Made by a program: the position numbers and the translations under genes. DNA of 64,000 nucleotides, from positions 2,176,001-2,240,000 of the forward strand of contig OY760074.1 in NCBI GenBank assembly GCA_963663035.1, read 5' to 3'. Below, in pieces: positions 49,439 to 59,030 of this stretch. The stretch's first letter is position 1. Each line of letters starts with the position of its first letter. The notes under the pieces are model-generated. The model was not told the DNA's origin and ran no database searches. It was given only the letters and a program-made list of their open reading frames with translations. Source of the stretch: Acidobacteriota bacterium (GTDB lineage Bacteria; Acidobacteriota; UBA6911; RPQK01; JADFOI01).

Positions 49439-50812
49439 TCAGATTTCTTTTGTTTCGGTCAGTTGGTTCACCATCTCTTTGAAGACTTTACCCCGATGCT
49501 CGAAGTCGTCGAACATGTCGAAGCTGGTACAGCCAGGAGAGAGCAAGACCGTATCGCCTGGAAGAGCGTTCTCATAGGCCAGTTCCACAGCCTCTTTCAT
49601 GTCTTTGGCTCGCCGGGTCGCTACGATACTGCCCAAACTTTGGGAAATCTTGTCGCTGGCAGCCCCCAGCAAGACAAGCAGCTTCACCTTCTCAGCTACC
49701 CAGGGACGCAGGACCTCGAAATCAGCCCCTTTGTCCTTGCCTCCCATGATCACGAGGAGAGGTTCAGTAAAGGCCTGGAGAGCCCGACTGGCCGAGTCCA
49801 TGTTGGTCGCCTTCGAGTCGTTGTAGAAGGCAACGCCCTGGAGTTCCCGGACCCATTCAAGGCGGTGCTCGAGGCCGGCAAAGCTACGAAAAGTCTCGAC
49901 CATGACTTCCCGATCAACACCGGACAAAAACCCGGCGGCTGTTGCCGCCAGGATATTCTCTAGATTGTGATTTCCCTTGAGGCGGATCTCGCTGATCGGC
50001 ATGAGGCGCTGCTTCTGGCCTCCCCAGTTCACTTGGATCGAACCGTTGTGAACGAACACACCTTCCTTCAGATCTTGCTTCCGGCTATAGAGCACCACAG
50101 GTGCGGTACGGTGGCTTGCCATTTTCAAGGTGAAAGGATTGTCTGCATTGAGCACCGCAAGGTCCTCACTTGTCTGGTTGAGAAAGATCCGTTCCTTAGC
50201 ACGGAGGTAGTCAGCAAAGTTCTCATAGCGATCCTGGTGATCGGGACTCACATTGAGGAGCAGTGCAATGTCGCACTTGAATTTCTTGATGCTTTCCAAC
50301 TGAAAAGAAGAGAGTTCCACCACGAACGTTCTCTGCAGGGAAGTCGAACGGGGGGGCGTCTTGACCCACTGGATGAGTGGCGGGCCGATATTGCCGGCCA
50401 CCACACAGTCTTTGCCGGAGTTCTTAAACAACTCACCGATGAGGGTGGTGGTCGTTGTTTTCCCGTTGGAGCCGCTTACGCCGATGAATTTGCCATCAAG
50501 AAAGCGATAGGCCAACTCGATCTCGCTATAGATGGGGATCTTCCGTTCCGACGCTGTCAGCAGCTCCGGCAAGTTGGAGGGCACACCCGGGCTAAGGACG
50601 ATAAAATCTGCACCCAGAAAGTCCTCTCTTTTATGACCGCCTAGAGAGAGAGTGGTGGGAGTGCTCAATTGCGCAATCCAATCCTTTAAATCTTCTTCGC
50701 TCTTGGTGTCCGTGATTGTGACCCTGGCGCCCCGCTTGAGAAGAAAATTTGCGGCAGAGAGCCCGCTTCGGGCAAATCCCACGACCAGGATTTCTTTATT
50801 CTCCACATTCAT
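49439..50812 (-). CDS. murD: UDP-MurNAc-L-Ala--D-glutamate ligase
   Basis: SPGVP, GSNGKTTT, GNIG, ELSSFQLE, HRLE, NDSKATN, GGKDKG. Confidence 0.96.
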   Translation of the reverse strand: MNVENKEILVVGFARSGLSAANFLLKRGARVTITDTKSEEDLKDWIAQLSTPTTLSLGGHKREDFLGADFIVLSPGVPSNLPELLTASERKIPIYSEIELAYRFLDGKFIGVSGSNGKTTTTTLIGELFKNSGKDCVVAGNIGPPLIQWVKTPPRSTSLQRTFVVELSSFQLESIKKFKCDIALLLNVSPDHQDRYENFADYLRAKERIFLNQTSEDLAVLNADNPFTLKMASHRTAPVVLYSRKQDLKEGVFVHNGSIQVNWGGQKQRLMPISEIRLKGNHNLENILAATAAGFLSGVDREVMVETFRSFAGLEHRLEWVRELQGVAFYNDSKATNMDSASRALQAFTEPLLVIMGGKDKGADFEVLRPWVAEKVKLLVLLGAASDKISQSLGSIVATRRAKDMKEAVELAYENALPGDTVLLSPGCTSFDMFDDFEHRGKVFKEMVNQLTETKEI

Positions 50813-50819
50813 TCAGGCT

Positions 50820-51932
50820 TCACCGGAGCTTCAGGGTCGTCAGACTAAACAGGGCAAAGATCATCCCCAGAATCCAGAAGCGAACCACCACCTTAGTTTC
50901 CGCCCAACCCCGAAGCTCGAAGTGATGGTGAAGTGGAGCCATCAGCAGGATCCGTTTTCCCCATACCTTGTAGGAAATAACCTGAGCAATTACCGAGATC
51001 GCTTCCACGACGAAGATCCCTCCGATGAGGAGCAGCAGAAGTTCCTGCTTAATCAGCACCGCAACAGTCCCAATGGCACCTCCCAAGGACATGGAGCCAA
51101 CATCACCCATGAAGATTTGAGCGGGATAACTGTTGTACCACAGGAACCCCAGTGTGGCTCCAACCATGGCTCCACAAAAGATACTCAGCTCGCTGGTATA
51201 AGTGTTTTTGATGAGGTCCAGATAGGTTGCAAAGGTCGCGTGTGCGGTGACATAAGTCAGCACGGTCAGTGCCGAGGCAGCGATGATGACCAGCCCAGAG
51301 GCCAGGCCATCCAGACCGTCCGTAAGATTGACGGCGTTGCTGCTGCCAATGAGGACCAGGAGAGTAAAAAGGATCAGCGGGAGGAACGTTGAGACGCCCA
51401 ATATCTTCAGATCCATCTCCGGCGTAAAGCTCTTGAAAAAGGGCACGCTCAGCCCGCTGCTGTAAAGATCGTGACGATTGAGAGCGATGAGAATACCCGC
51501 AATCCCCAGTGCGATCAGACTCTGCAGGACCAGCTTGTGTCGCACTCGCAGCCCCAAGGACCTCTTGTTGATGAGCTTCAAATAGTCGTCAATGAAACCT
51601 ACAGTGGCAAAGAGAACCAGCGAGATCAGGGCCACCCAGATGTAGAGATTTGTCAGGTCCGCCCACAAGACTGTGGGTAGGACGATACTGATGACAATGA
51701 GCAGCCCCCCCATGGTGGGAGTTCCGACTTTGTCGTGATGATGCTTAGGGGCCTCTTCTTGAATGTATTGCCCAATCTGAAATTGTCTCAGCCGGGCAAT
51801 CAGCCATGGGCCCACCAGAAGGCTGATCATCAGAGCCGTCAGAGAGGCATAGGCGGTGCGGAAAGTGATATATCGCACCACATTGAGGATGGAATACTCG
51901 TCAATAAAGGGATAGACAAGGTGATAGATCAA
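50820..51932 (-). CDS. mraY: phospho-N-acetylmuramoyl-pentapeptide transferase
   Basis: YITFR, GTPTMGG, DDY, NAVNLTDGLDGLA, FMGDVGS, APLHHHFE; TTG start overlapping the murF stop. Confidence 0.95.
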   Translation of the reverse strand: MIYHLVYPFIDEYSILNVVRYITFRTAYASLTALMISLLVGPWLIARLRQFQIGQYIQEEAPKHHHDKVGTPTMGGLLIVISIVLPTVLWADLTNLYIWVALISLVLFATVGFIDDYLKLINKRSLGLRVRHKLVLQSLIALGIAGILIALNRHDLYSSGLSVPFFKSFTPEMDLKILGVSTFLPLILFTLLVLIGSSNAVNLTDGLDGLASGLVIIAASALTVLTYVTAHATFATYLDLIKNTYTSELSIFCGAMVGATLGFLWYNSYPAQIFMGDVGSMSLGGAIGTVAVLIKQELLLLLIGGIFVVEAISVIAQVISYKVWGKRILLMAPLHHHFELRGWAETKVVVRFWILGMIFALFSLTTLKLR

Positions 51933-53350
51933 GTTTTTCCTTTCCCCTTTATGGCTTGGACAATTTGATCCATGCGGACTCCCCTTGAGCCCTTGACCAG
52001 AAGGAAGTCCCCGCAACCGAGTTCCTCCACCAGAAAGTCAGCCGCTTCCCGGGAACTTTCAAAGTGTCTGATTTTCTCAGGAGCAAAGCCCTTTTCCTTT
52101 GCTCCCTGCCCGATGTAGCGGGCATCCTCACCAACCGTCACCAGCAGATCCGCGGCACACTGTACGACCTGCTGACCCGCCTGGCGATGGAACTCAGGGC
52201 TGCGGGAACCCAGTTCCAGCATCTCTCCCAAGGCTAGAAGCTTGCGAGGAAAACCACTTAACTGACCGACAGTTTCCAACACGATGTTTAGGGCCTGAGG
52301 GTTCGAATTGTATGAATCGTCCCAGAGCGTGATGGAACCATCTTTTCCCTGCTCTCCGACTTGATGGACTCGTCCCCGCATGGAGGGCACCTTTAATCTT
52401 CCGATGCCATCACAGATCTCCTCTCGGGAGAGGCCAAAGGTCACAGCCACGGCCACCGCTGCTGCAATGTTGTACAGAAAGTGCTTCCCCACGAAGGGAA
52501 CCTTAGCAGTGAGGCGTTCCCCACGGGCATCGAGCTCAAAGCTCATTTCGCCAAGACCATCAAAGCGATAATCCAAAACCCGGATACCAGCCTGATTCTC
52601 TAGACTAAAAGAAACTTTTTCCCCACTGAAAGTCGCAGCCAGACGAGAAAGCCGGGGATCGTCGGCGTTGAAAAACAACTTACCCCGCTGGGGAAGCCCC
52701 TCCAGGATCTCCCCTTTCGCAGCAGCGATTTCATCCAGATCGGAAAAGAACTCCAAGTGGACAGCTGCCACATTGGTCAACAAGGCCGAGTCTGGTCTGC
52801 AAATTTTCGTCAGGGCTCGGATCTCTCCAGGATGGTTCATCCCCAGTTCCACGAGTGCCAGCTGGTGTTCTTCTGCCAGCTGTAAGAGAGAAAGCGGGAC
52901 ACCAATCTGGTTATTGAGGTTGCCGGGAGATTGAACCACTTTGAACCTCTGGCTTAAGAGGGTGGCCACAAACTCTCGGGTGGTGGTCTTCCCTATACTT
53001 CCGGAAATGGCAATCAGTGTTTTCCCCCACCTCTTGCGGACATGGTAGGCCAAGGTTTGAAGAGCAGCTTCAGTCTGATCCACCTGAAGAAAGACTCGAT
53101 CTTTCCAATGGGAGGAATCGACGGAATTCTCTGAGAAGATGATCGTGGAAGCACCTTTCCTGAGAGCTTCCTCGACAAAGTCATGACCGTTAAACCGCTG
53201 TCCTTTAACGGCGATAAAGCATTCACCGGCTCGAATGGTGCGGCTGTCTATTGAGACGGAAGGAAACGAGGATCGGGTATCGAAGACAGTGCTCCCCTGT
53301 GGGCGAACTTTCAATGCCTCAGCGACTTCACCAACAGACAATTCGATCAC
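51929..53350 (-). CDS. murF: UDP-MurNAc-tripeptide--D-Ala-D-Ala ligase
   Basis: DSR, GHDF, GKTTT, NNQIGVP, ELGMNH, DDSYNSNP, MLELG, KGSRG. Confidence 0.96.
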   Translation of the reverse strand: MIELSVGEVAEALKVRPQGSTVFDTRSSFPSVSIDSRTIRAGECFIAVKGQRFNGHDFVEEALRKGASTIIFSENSVDSSHWKDRVFLQVDQTEAALQTLAYHVRKRWGKTLIAISGSIGKTTTREFVATLLSQRFKVVQSPGNLNNQIGVPLSLLQLAEEHQLALVELGMNHPGEIRALTKICRPDSALLTNVAAVHLEFFSDLDEIAAAKGEILEGLPQRGKLFFNADDPRLSRLAATFSGEKVSFSLENQAGIRVLDYRFDGLGEMSFELDARGERLTAKVPFVGKHFLYNIAAAVAVAVTFGLSREEICDGIGRLKVPSMRGRVHQVGEQGKDGSITLWDDSYNSNPQALNIVLETVGQLSGFPRKLLALGEMLELGSRSPEFHRQAGQQVVQCAADLLVTVGEDARYIGQGAKEKGFAPEKIRHFESSREAADFLVEELGCGDFLLVKGSRGVRMDQIVQAIKGKGKT

Positions 53351-54810
53351 TGGAGCTCCTTGATCACTTCTCGATCATCAAAACGGATCTCTTCACCTTG
53401 AATTTTCTGATAGGCCTCATGCCCCCTTCCAGCTATCAAAACGAGGTCCCCTTTTCGGGCCAGTTTGAGAGCCCTGGTGATCGCTTCACGACGATCCACG
53501 ATCATTTCATAATGGCTTGCTTCAGCCGGTATTCCGGCTCGAATTTCCAGCACAATCTGCTCGGGATCTTCATATCTCGGATTGTCCGAAGTGATAAGAG
53601 CCAGATCGGAGTGGCGGACTGCGATAGCCCCCATCAGGGCACGCTTGGTTCGATCCCGATCTCCACCACAGCCGAAAACACACAGAATGCGTCCTTTGCT
53701 GACCTGGCGGCACAGCGTCAAGACGTTTTCCAGGGCATGGGGAGTGTGTGCATAGTCCACAATGACCGTGAAAGGCCGCCCAATTTCAACCTTTTCGAAA
53801 CGCCCAGGCACCCGTTCCAGTCGTGCCACACCTTCGCAAATTTGCTCGTCAGCCACTCCTAAGAGACTGGCAGCCGTGGCCGCCGACATGATGTTGTACA
53901 GATTGTGTTCTCCTGCCAGCGGGCTGGTCAGGGAGAGTCGCCGATTGAAGAACTGGAGATCGACTTCAGTTCCCTCAAGGGAAATCTTGTGGTCCACCGG
54001 ATAGACATTGCTGTTTTCAGAAAATCCGAAGGTCACTGACTGGGTACCCGCCAAGAGCTGGATGCGGGCCGTGAAAGGATCATCGGCGTTCAGCACGGCA
54101 TACTTGATGCCAGGGTTATAGTCAGCTTGAAAGAGCAGGCACTTGGCCTGAAAGTACTGCTCCAGGCTGCCATGAAAGTCCAGGTGGTCCTGGCTCAGGT
54201 TGGTGAAGAGCGCTACCGGGAAAGAGCACTGGTAGACGCGGTGAAAAAAGAGGGCGTGAGAGGAAACTTCTAGGGCGCCCCCACTACACCCGGATTGCAC
54301 AGCCTGGGCCAGGATCTCTTGGATATCGACGGCTTCGGGAGTGGTCCGCTTCGATTCCAGCTGCCGCTTCCCTACTTTGGTTTTCACGGTTCCCATTAAC
54401 AGCGCGGGCCCCTGTTGTTCCAAGATGGAATGAACAAGAAAGGCTGTAGTTGTTTTTCCGTTGGTTCCCGTGATGCCTACCAGTTGGAGCCGTCGCGAGG
54501 GCTGCTGATAGAATTGGTCCGCCAGCGATGCCATAAATGGCCTGACGGCCTCCACTTGAATCCAAGGAACAGTCGGCACACCAGAAGGTGGCTCACGTTG
54601 TGAGGCAACAGCAACAGCACCTCTTTGAAGGGCCTCTTCAATGTAGAGGTGACCGTCTGTCCTGGCCCCCTCAACGGCAAAGAAAAGTGAGCCCTCTTTC
54701 ACCCGGCGTGAATCGTAATCGAGCGACCGGATCTCGGGATTCATTTCTTTAACGGGCTCTCGGAGCGACTGGACGGTCACCTTGGAGAGCAACTCTTGAA
54801 GACGCATCAT
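53347..54810 (-). CDS. murE: UDP-MurNAc-dipeptide--meso-DAP ligase
   Basis: GTNGKTTT, TTPE, EVSSH, DHLDFH, DYAHTP, GCGGDRD, DNPR (DAP-specific). Confidence 0.96.
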   Translation of the reverse strand: MMRLQELLSKVTVQSLREPVKEMNPEIRSLDYDSRRVKEGSLFFAVEGARTDGHLYIEEALQRGAVAVASQREPPSGVPTVPWIQVEAVRPFMASLADQFYQQPSRRLQLVGITGTNGKTTTAFLVHSILEQQGPALLMGTVKTKVGKRQLESKRTTPEAVDIQEILAQAVQSGCSGGALEVSSHALFFHRVYQCSFPVALFTNLSQDHLDFHGSLEQYFQAKCLLFQADYNPGIKYAVLNADDPFTARIQLLAGTQSVTFGFSENSNVYPVDHKISLEGTEVDLQFFNRRLSLTSPLAGEHNLYNIMSAATAASLLGVADEQICEGVARLERVPGRFEKVEIGRPFTVIVDYAHTPHALENVLTLCRQVSKGRILCVFGCGGDRDRTKRALMGAIAVRHSDLALITSDNPRYEDPEQIVLEIRAGIPAEASHYEMIVDRREAITRALKLARKGDLVLIAGRGHEAYQKIQGEEIRFDDREVIKELQ

Positions 54811-56863
54811 TTCCGTTATTGGAGAAAAAGACTTCACAAACCATTCCTTGAGAGACTTGACTTCCCGCCGGTGGGCGCTGGCCGATCGCTGTCCCGGCGC
54901 CGGAAACTTTCAGTCGCAGACCGAGACCAGAACATTGCCGGACAACTTCCCTCAAGCTCAGGCCCGAAAAGTCGGGCAGCTGAAAGGGGCTAATTTCCAC
55001 TGTGATTGTGTTGGGCAGTTTTTGATTCGAAGACTCTTCCTGAATGAGTGTTAAGACCGTCTCCTCCAGCTGCTCCAGTGGGATTTGCCCCTCTTCTACT
55101 GAGACGCCTGGTGAGGCAGCAAGTTCCATCGGTACCGTCTCTGGAGGTACTGTGTCGATTCGAGAAGGCTGATCTCGGGGGATTCGAAGGTGAATAAGAG
55201 ACCGTTCCGCGATTTGCTTGAAGGCAGGTGCGGCCAGCTGCCCCCCATGGTATTGTCCCTGGGGCTCGTTGATGACGACGATGGCCGCAAGCACCGGATC
55301 CTCCAGAGGCGCAAATCCCACATAGGAAGCAACGTAGCGCGTGTCGGAATACTTTCCATCCACGAATTTCTGAGCGGTTCCAGTCTTCCCTCCTGAAGAG
55401 TATCCGTCCAGTTGAGCGTTCTTGCCTGTCCCATCCGTAACCGCCAGGGAAAGAGCTTCTTTCATCTGAAGAGTGGTTTTAAGCCTGAGGATCTGCTCTC
55501 TAGAGGTCTGGGACTCGTAGAAGACGTCTCCTTCGGGTGTCAGAATGCGCCGGACCACTCTAGGAGTGACCAGGTATCCTCCATTTGCGATAGCAGAGGT
55601 TGCTGTCAACATTTGGAGGGGCGTCACACCCACCTCCTGCCCTAAAGAGAGAGCGCCGATGGAAATCTTGGACCACTGAGAGGTAGGCCGCAGCAATCCG
55701 ACCTGCTCTCCCGGGAGGTCGATCCCGGTCTTCTGACCGAAACCAAAATTCCTGATGTACTGGTAAAGCTTCTCCTCCCCCAAGCGCAGGCCCAGCTTGA
55801 TTGTTCCGATGTTACTCGAATTAGCCAGTACTTCATTCAAGGAAAGCAGTCCGAAACCCAGATTCGCCTCACGGTAAGTCCTTCCGGCAAGGCTGAGCGT
55901 TTCGACATTGCAGTCGATTAACTCAGATGGCTGGCCCAAATCCTCATTAAGAATGGCGGCAAAGGTCACCAATTTGAAAGTGGAGCCAGGTTCATAGAGA
56001 TCCAAAATGGCACGGTTTCGACGGTCCTCCGCCTCAGAATCGGCGTAACGATTCGGGTCAAAGGAAGGATAGGAGGCCATGGCCAAGATCTCGCCCGTAT
56101 TCGGGTCCATGACAATTGCAGTTCCGCTCACTGCTTGGCTGGAAAGAAAGGTATCCTCCAAGACTTGTTGAGCGATGTACTGAATGGGCCTGTCAATACT
56201 CAAAACAATGGTGTTTCCGTCAGACTTCTCCGGTAGGGCATCGCTGGCATAGCTGTTCCGTCTGGCGTCGAAGTGTAGATCAACTCTGGTGTTCTTTCCC
56301 TTTATGGAATCGTTGTAAAGATACTCGAGACCGGCCAGACCTTCGCTATCCAGACCGGCGAAGCCGAGCACATGGGCAGCCAACTCGCGGCCAGGGTAAA
56401 TCCGCTTGGTTTCCTCTTGAAAGTATACGCCCGGCAGATTCAGTTCTCGGATCTGATCGGCCTGCCGCGGTGGGATTTTTCGGGCTAGATAGACAAAAGG
56501 GCGATCATCGATCAGCAGTTCAAAAAGTTCTCGTTCGTGTTTCTCGAGAACTGAAGCAAGAGCTCTGGCAGTACGGAGGGGTTCGTGTACTTCCTTGGGG
56601 TGTGCAAAGACTGACTCAATCTGAACACTGATGGCCAGTTCGTCGAGATGGCGATCCAGGATATCGCCCCTCTTGGGACTGAGCTCGATGTACCCCATCT
56701 GCTGCTGTTCGGCCTTTAAGCGATATTCCTCACTCTTGAAGATCTGAAGATCAATAAGACGACCGACAAGAGTGAGACTCCACGCCCCCAGGAGCAGGTA
56801 GAGGCCGAGCACACGATACAGTAGGGCAATTCGGGGTTTCTTCCATTTATCCAAAGGCTTCAT
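54749..56863 (-). CDS. ftsI: class B PBP FtsI with C-terminal PASTA domain
   Basis: RGDILDR, GLE, EPGSTFK, SSN, KTGTAQK. Confidence 0.93.
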   Translation of the reverse strand: MKPLDKWKKPRIALLYRVLGLYLLLGAWSLTLVGRLIDLQIFKSEEYRLKAEQQQMGYIELSPKRGDILDRHLDELAISVQIESVFAHPKEVHEPLRTARALASVLEKHERELFELLIDDRPFVYLARKIPPRQADQIRELNLPGVYFQEETKRIYPGRELAAHVLGFAGLDSEGLAGLEYLYNDSIKGKNTRVDLHFDARRNSYASDALPEKSDGNTIVLSIDRPIQYIAQQVLEDTFLSSQAVSGTAIVMDPNTGEILAMASYPSFDPNRYADSEAEDRRNRAILDLYEPGSTFKLVTFAAILNEDLGQPSELIDCNVETLSLAGRTYREANLGFGLLSLNEVLANSSNIGTIKLGLRLGEEKLYQYIRNFGFGQKTGIDLPGEQVGLLRPTSQWSKISIGALSLGQEVGVTPLQMLTATSAIANGGYLVTPRVVRRILTPEGDVFYESQTSREQILRLKTTLQMKEALSLAVTDGTGKNAQLDGYSSGGKTGTAQKFVDGKYSDTRYVASYVGFAPLEDPVLAAIVVINEPQGQYHGGQLAAPAFKQIAERSLIHLRIPRDQPSRIDTVPPETVPMELAASPGVSVEEGQIPLEQLEETVLTLIQEESSNQKLPNTITVEISPFQLPDFSGLSLREVVRQCSGLGLRLKVSGAGTAIGQRPPAGSQVSQGMVCEVFFSNNGNDASSRVALQGDRPVAPRAR

Positions 56864-57258
56864 TCACGCAAGACTTCTGTCTGAAGGGTCGACTGAGCCA
56901 CCACATCACTGGTGGGTTTGACAGTCGCAATATCAGAATCGAGAATTCTGACCTCAGCACGGTTCGAGGTGACCAGACCCAGTTTGCTGGCTTCCTGGTC
57001 GATGCTCTCCGGATTGATGAGAGAGGAGTGCTCAGCTCGAAGGGCGGCGTTGATCTCTCGCAATTCATTGCTTTCTTTTCTGAGGTGTTCCATCTGGTAA
57101 TGGATAGTGAGGATTTCATTGCGGGACCAGGCGTAAGCCAATACGAAACAAACAAGAAGTGCAACCACGCTGATCCATCGGGCAATCTCAGAGAAGGTGG
57201 CCCGGTCATCAGCCCCCATCAGACGATTGCTCAAATCCTGGTAATGAAAATCAAGCAT
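56860..57258 (-). CDS. ftsL: cell division protein FtsL
   Basis: TM plus coiled coil, between rsmH and ftsI. Confidence 0.8.
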   Translation of the reverse strand: MLDFHYQDLSNRLMGADDRATFSEIARWISVVALLVCFVLAYAWSRNEILTIHYQMEHLRKESNELREINAALRAEHSSLINPESIDQEASKLGLVTSNRAEVRILDSDIATVKPTSDVVAQSTLQTEVLRE

Positions 57259-57270
57259 CTTCGTTCTCCT

Positions 57271-57320
57271 GCTGTCTGTAGTCTCTGGTCTGTTGTCAGC
57301 TGTCAGCTGTCAGTTGTCGC
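57271..57320. repeat. TGTCAG(C/T) heptamer tract overlapping the rsmH stop codon
   Basis: gttgtcagctgtcagctgtcagttgtc. Confidence 0.8.
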
Positions 57321-58263
57321 TTGTCAGTGTTCTCTCCACCGCCCGCAGCTTGGCGCTCCGTGCCCGAGGATTGCTCTCGATTTCCTGCTGGGCAGGCGTT
57401 ACAGGTTTCCTGGTTAAAATCCGAACCCTCTCAACCCTTGGACAAGCGCACAGCTCCGCCGGCTGAAAACACACACACTTGCCAGCCTCTTTGCGGAACA
57501 CAGTTTTGACGATACGATCTTCCAGGCTATGGAAGGAGATCACCACCAGCCGGCCCTCCGGGGTCAGCAGAGAGATAGCCTGTTGCAGGAATTCCTCCAG
57601 TCCGGCCAGTTCCTGATTGACCTCTATACGCAAGGCCTGAAACACCAGAGTGGCAGGGTGGAGGGAGCGTTGAGTACGCCCCTTGACCTTCTCAACTATT
57701 TGAGCCAGATCAGTGGTGGTGCGAAACGGCGATAACGTTCGATGGTCAACAATGGCCGCTGCGATCCTTCGAGCCGACTTTTCCTCCCCGTAGCGCCACA
57801 GGATCCCGGCCAGGTCTTCTTCGGGGAGCTGATTGAGCAGCTGGGCAGCAGTGGTTTCCTGTCGGGTATCCATGCGCATGTCAATGGGACCCTCCAGCCG
57901 AAAGCTGAAACCCCTTTCAGCTGAATCCAGTTGGAGCGAAGAGATCCCCTGATCCACAAGACATCCATCTACGCCTCCAATTTCCAGCCGAGAGAGGAGG
58001 TTCGGTAACTCTTTAAAGTTCTCGTGGAAAGCCTGCAGATTGTTAAACCGGGATCCCAGACGCTGGCGGGCCCTGTCCAAGGCTTCCTGGTCCCGGTCCA
58101 GGGCGATCAACTGACCCGTCCCGTCAAGCTGAAGAAGAATCTCCTCTGAGTGCCCTCCTGGTCCCAGGGTGCAATCAACGTAGATTCCCCTTTCTTTTAC
58201 CCGCAGGAAGCTCAAGACTTGACTGAGCAGGACGGGAAGATGTTCCACAGCGGTACCCATCAT
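57310..58263 (-). CDS. rsmH: 16S rRNA m4C1402 methyltransferase
   Basis: HLPVL, DCTLGPGGH, RGFSF, DMRMD, FQALRIEVN, FHSLEDR, NPRARSAKLR. Confidence 0.97.
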   Translation of the reverse strand: MMGTAVEHLPVLLSQVLSFLRVKERGIYVDCTLGPGGHSEEILLQLDGTGQLIALDRDQEALDRARQRLGSRFNNLQAFHENFKELPNLLSRLEIGGVDGCLVDQGISSLQLDSAERGFSFRLEGPIDMRMDTRQETTAAQLLNQLPEEDLAGILWRYGEEKSARRIAAAIVDHRTLSPFRTTTDLAQIVEKVKGRTQRSLHPATLVFQALRIEVNQELAGLEEFLQQAISLLTPEGRLVVISFHSLEDRIVKTVFRKEAGKCVCFQPAELCACPRVERVRILTRKPVTPAQQEIESNPRARSAKLRAVERTLTSDN

Positions 58264-58265
58264 AT

Positions 58266-58709
58266 TTAAATGCCTAGTTCAGCCAAGGCACTAGCATCCT
58301 TGTCGGTATAAGGATCGGATTTGAGGAGGGTCAGAAACCGTTTCCGGTTCCACACCTGGAGATGGGTCAGATACCCCATCACAGCCACTTCACCATCAAT
58401 CTGTGCCGCCTCGCGCAGATGTGGTTGAATGAGTACTCTCCCCTGGCTGTCCATTCTGGCAATCTGTCCGTAATAGTTGGTGTGACGCAGAAATTTCACC
58501 TTCTCAGGAAGCATTTTTGGCGGTTCCAGCAATTTCGTCTCGAGTTCTTCCCACTCACTCATGGGATAGATGAGAAGGTTCTCTCCCGTAACACTGGTCA
58601 CATAGAGGTCAGGCCCATACTGTGCCACAAGAAAGTTTCGGTGGGCGACGGGAATCTTGATGCGCCCCTGAGCATCCAGTTTCGTCGGAAAATTTCCCCG
58701 TAGCATCAA
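58266..58709 (-). CDS. mraZ: transcriptional regulator MraZ
   Basis: Two DxxGR motifs (LDAQGRI, MDSQGRV); first gene of the dcw cluster. Confidence 0.93.
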   Translation of the reverse strand: MMLRGNFPTKLDAQGRIKIPVAHRNFLVAQYGPDLYVTSVTGENLLIYPMSEWEELETKLLEPPKMLPEKVKFLRHTNYYGQIARMDSQGRVLIQPHLREAAQIDGEVAVMGYLTHLQVWNRKRFLTLLKSDPYTDKDASALAELGI

Positions 58710-58820
58710 AAAACCCCCTACCCCTCAACAAGTAAGTCCTATACACACCTACTTACTCTATTCTAGTCCAAAAAAATCCAAAGTCAACAGTAAAATGGCG
58801 AAAACAGGAGGTTTGAGCTT

Positions 58821-59030
58821 AGCCGGGATTATGCATAAATTTTCGTGACGAAGTGCCGCAGGCGCCGCGATGACAAGGCGTGCGAGGGGTACCCGCAATG
58901 GGTCGGGCCCCGCAGGCGTACTCATGCAGTACGCCGAGGAGCCCAAGGGGTACCCGCTTGCGGGTCGCACAACGCAGTCAGCGGGGATGATTGCGGCACT
59001 GCAGTAGAAAATCTATGCATTATCCCGGCT
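58821..59030. mobile_element. MITE-like dispersed element, copy B (composite)
   Basis: 24-bp TIRs (22/24); copy-A-like body with an added GGCGTAC..GTACGCC module; contains the symporter stop codon. Confidence 0.85.
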
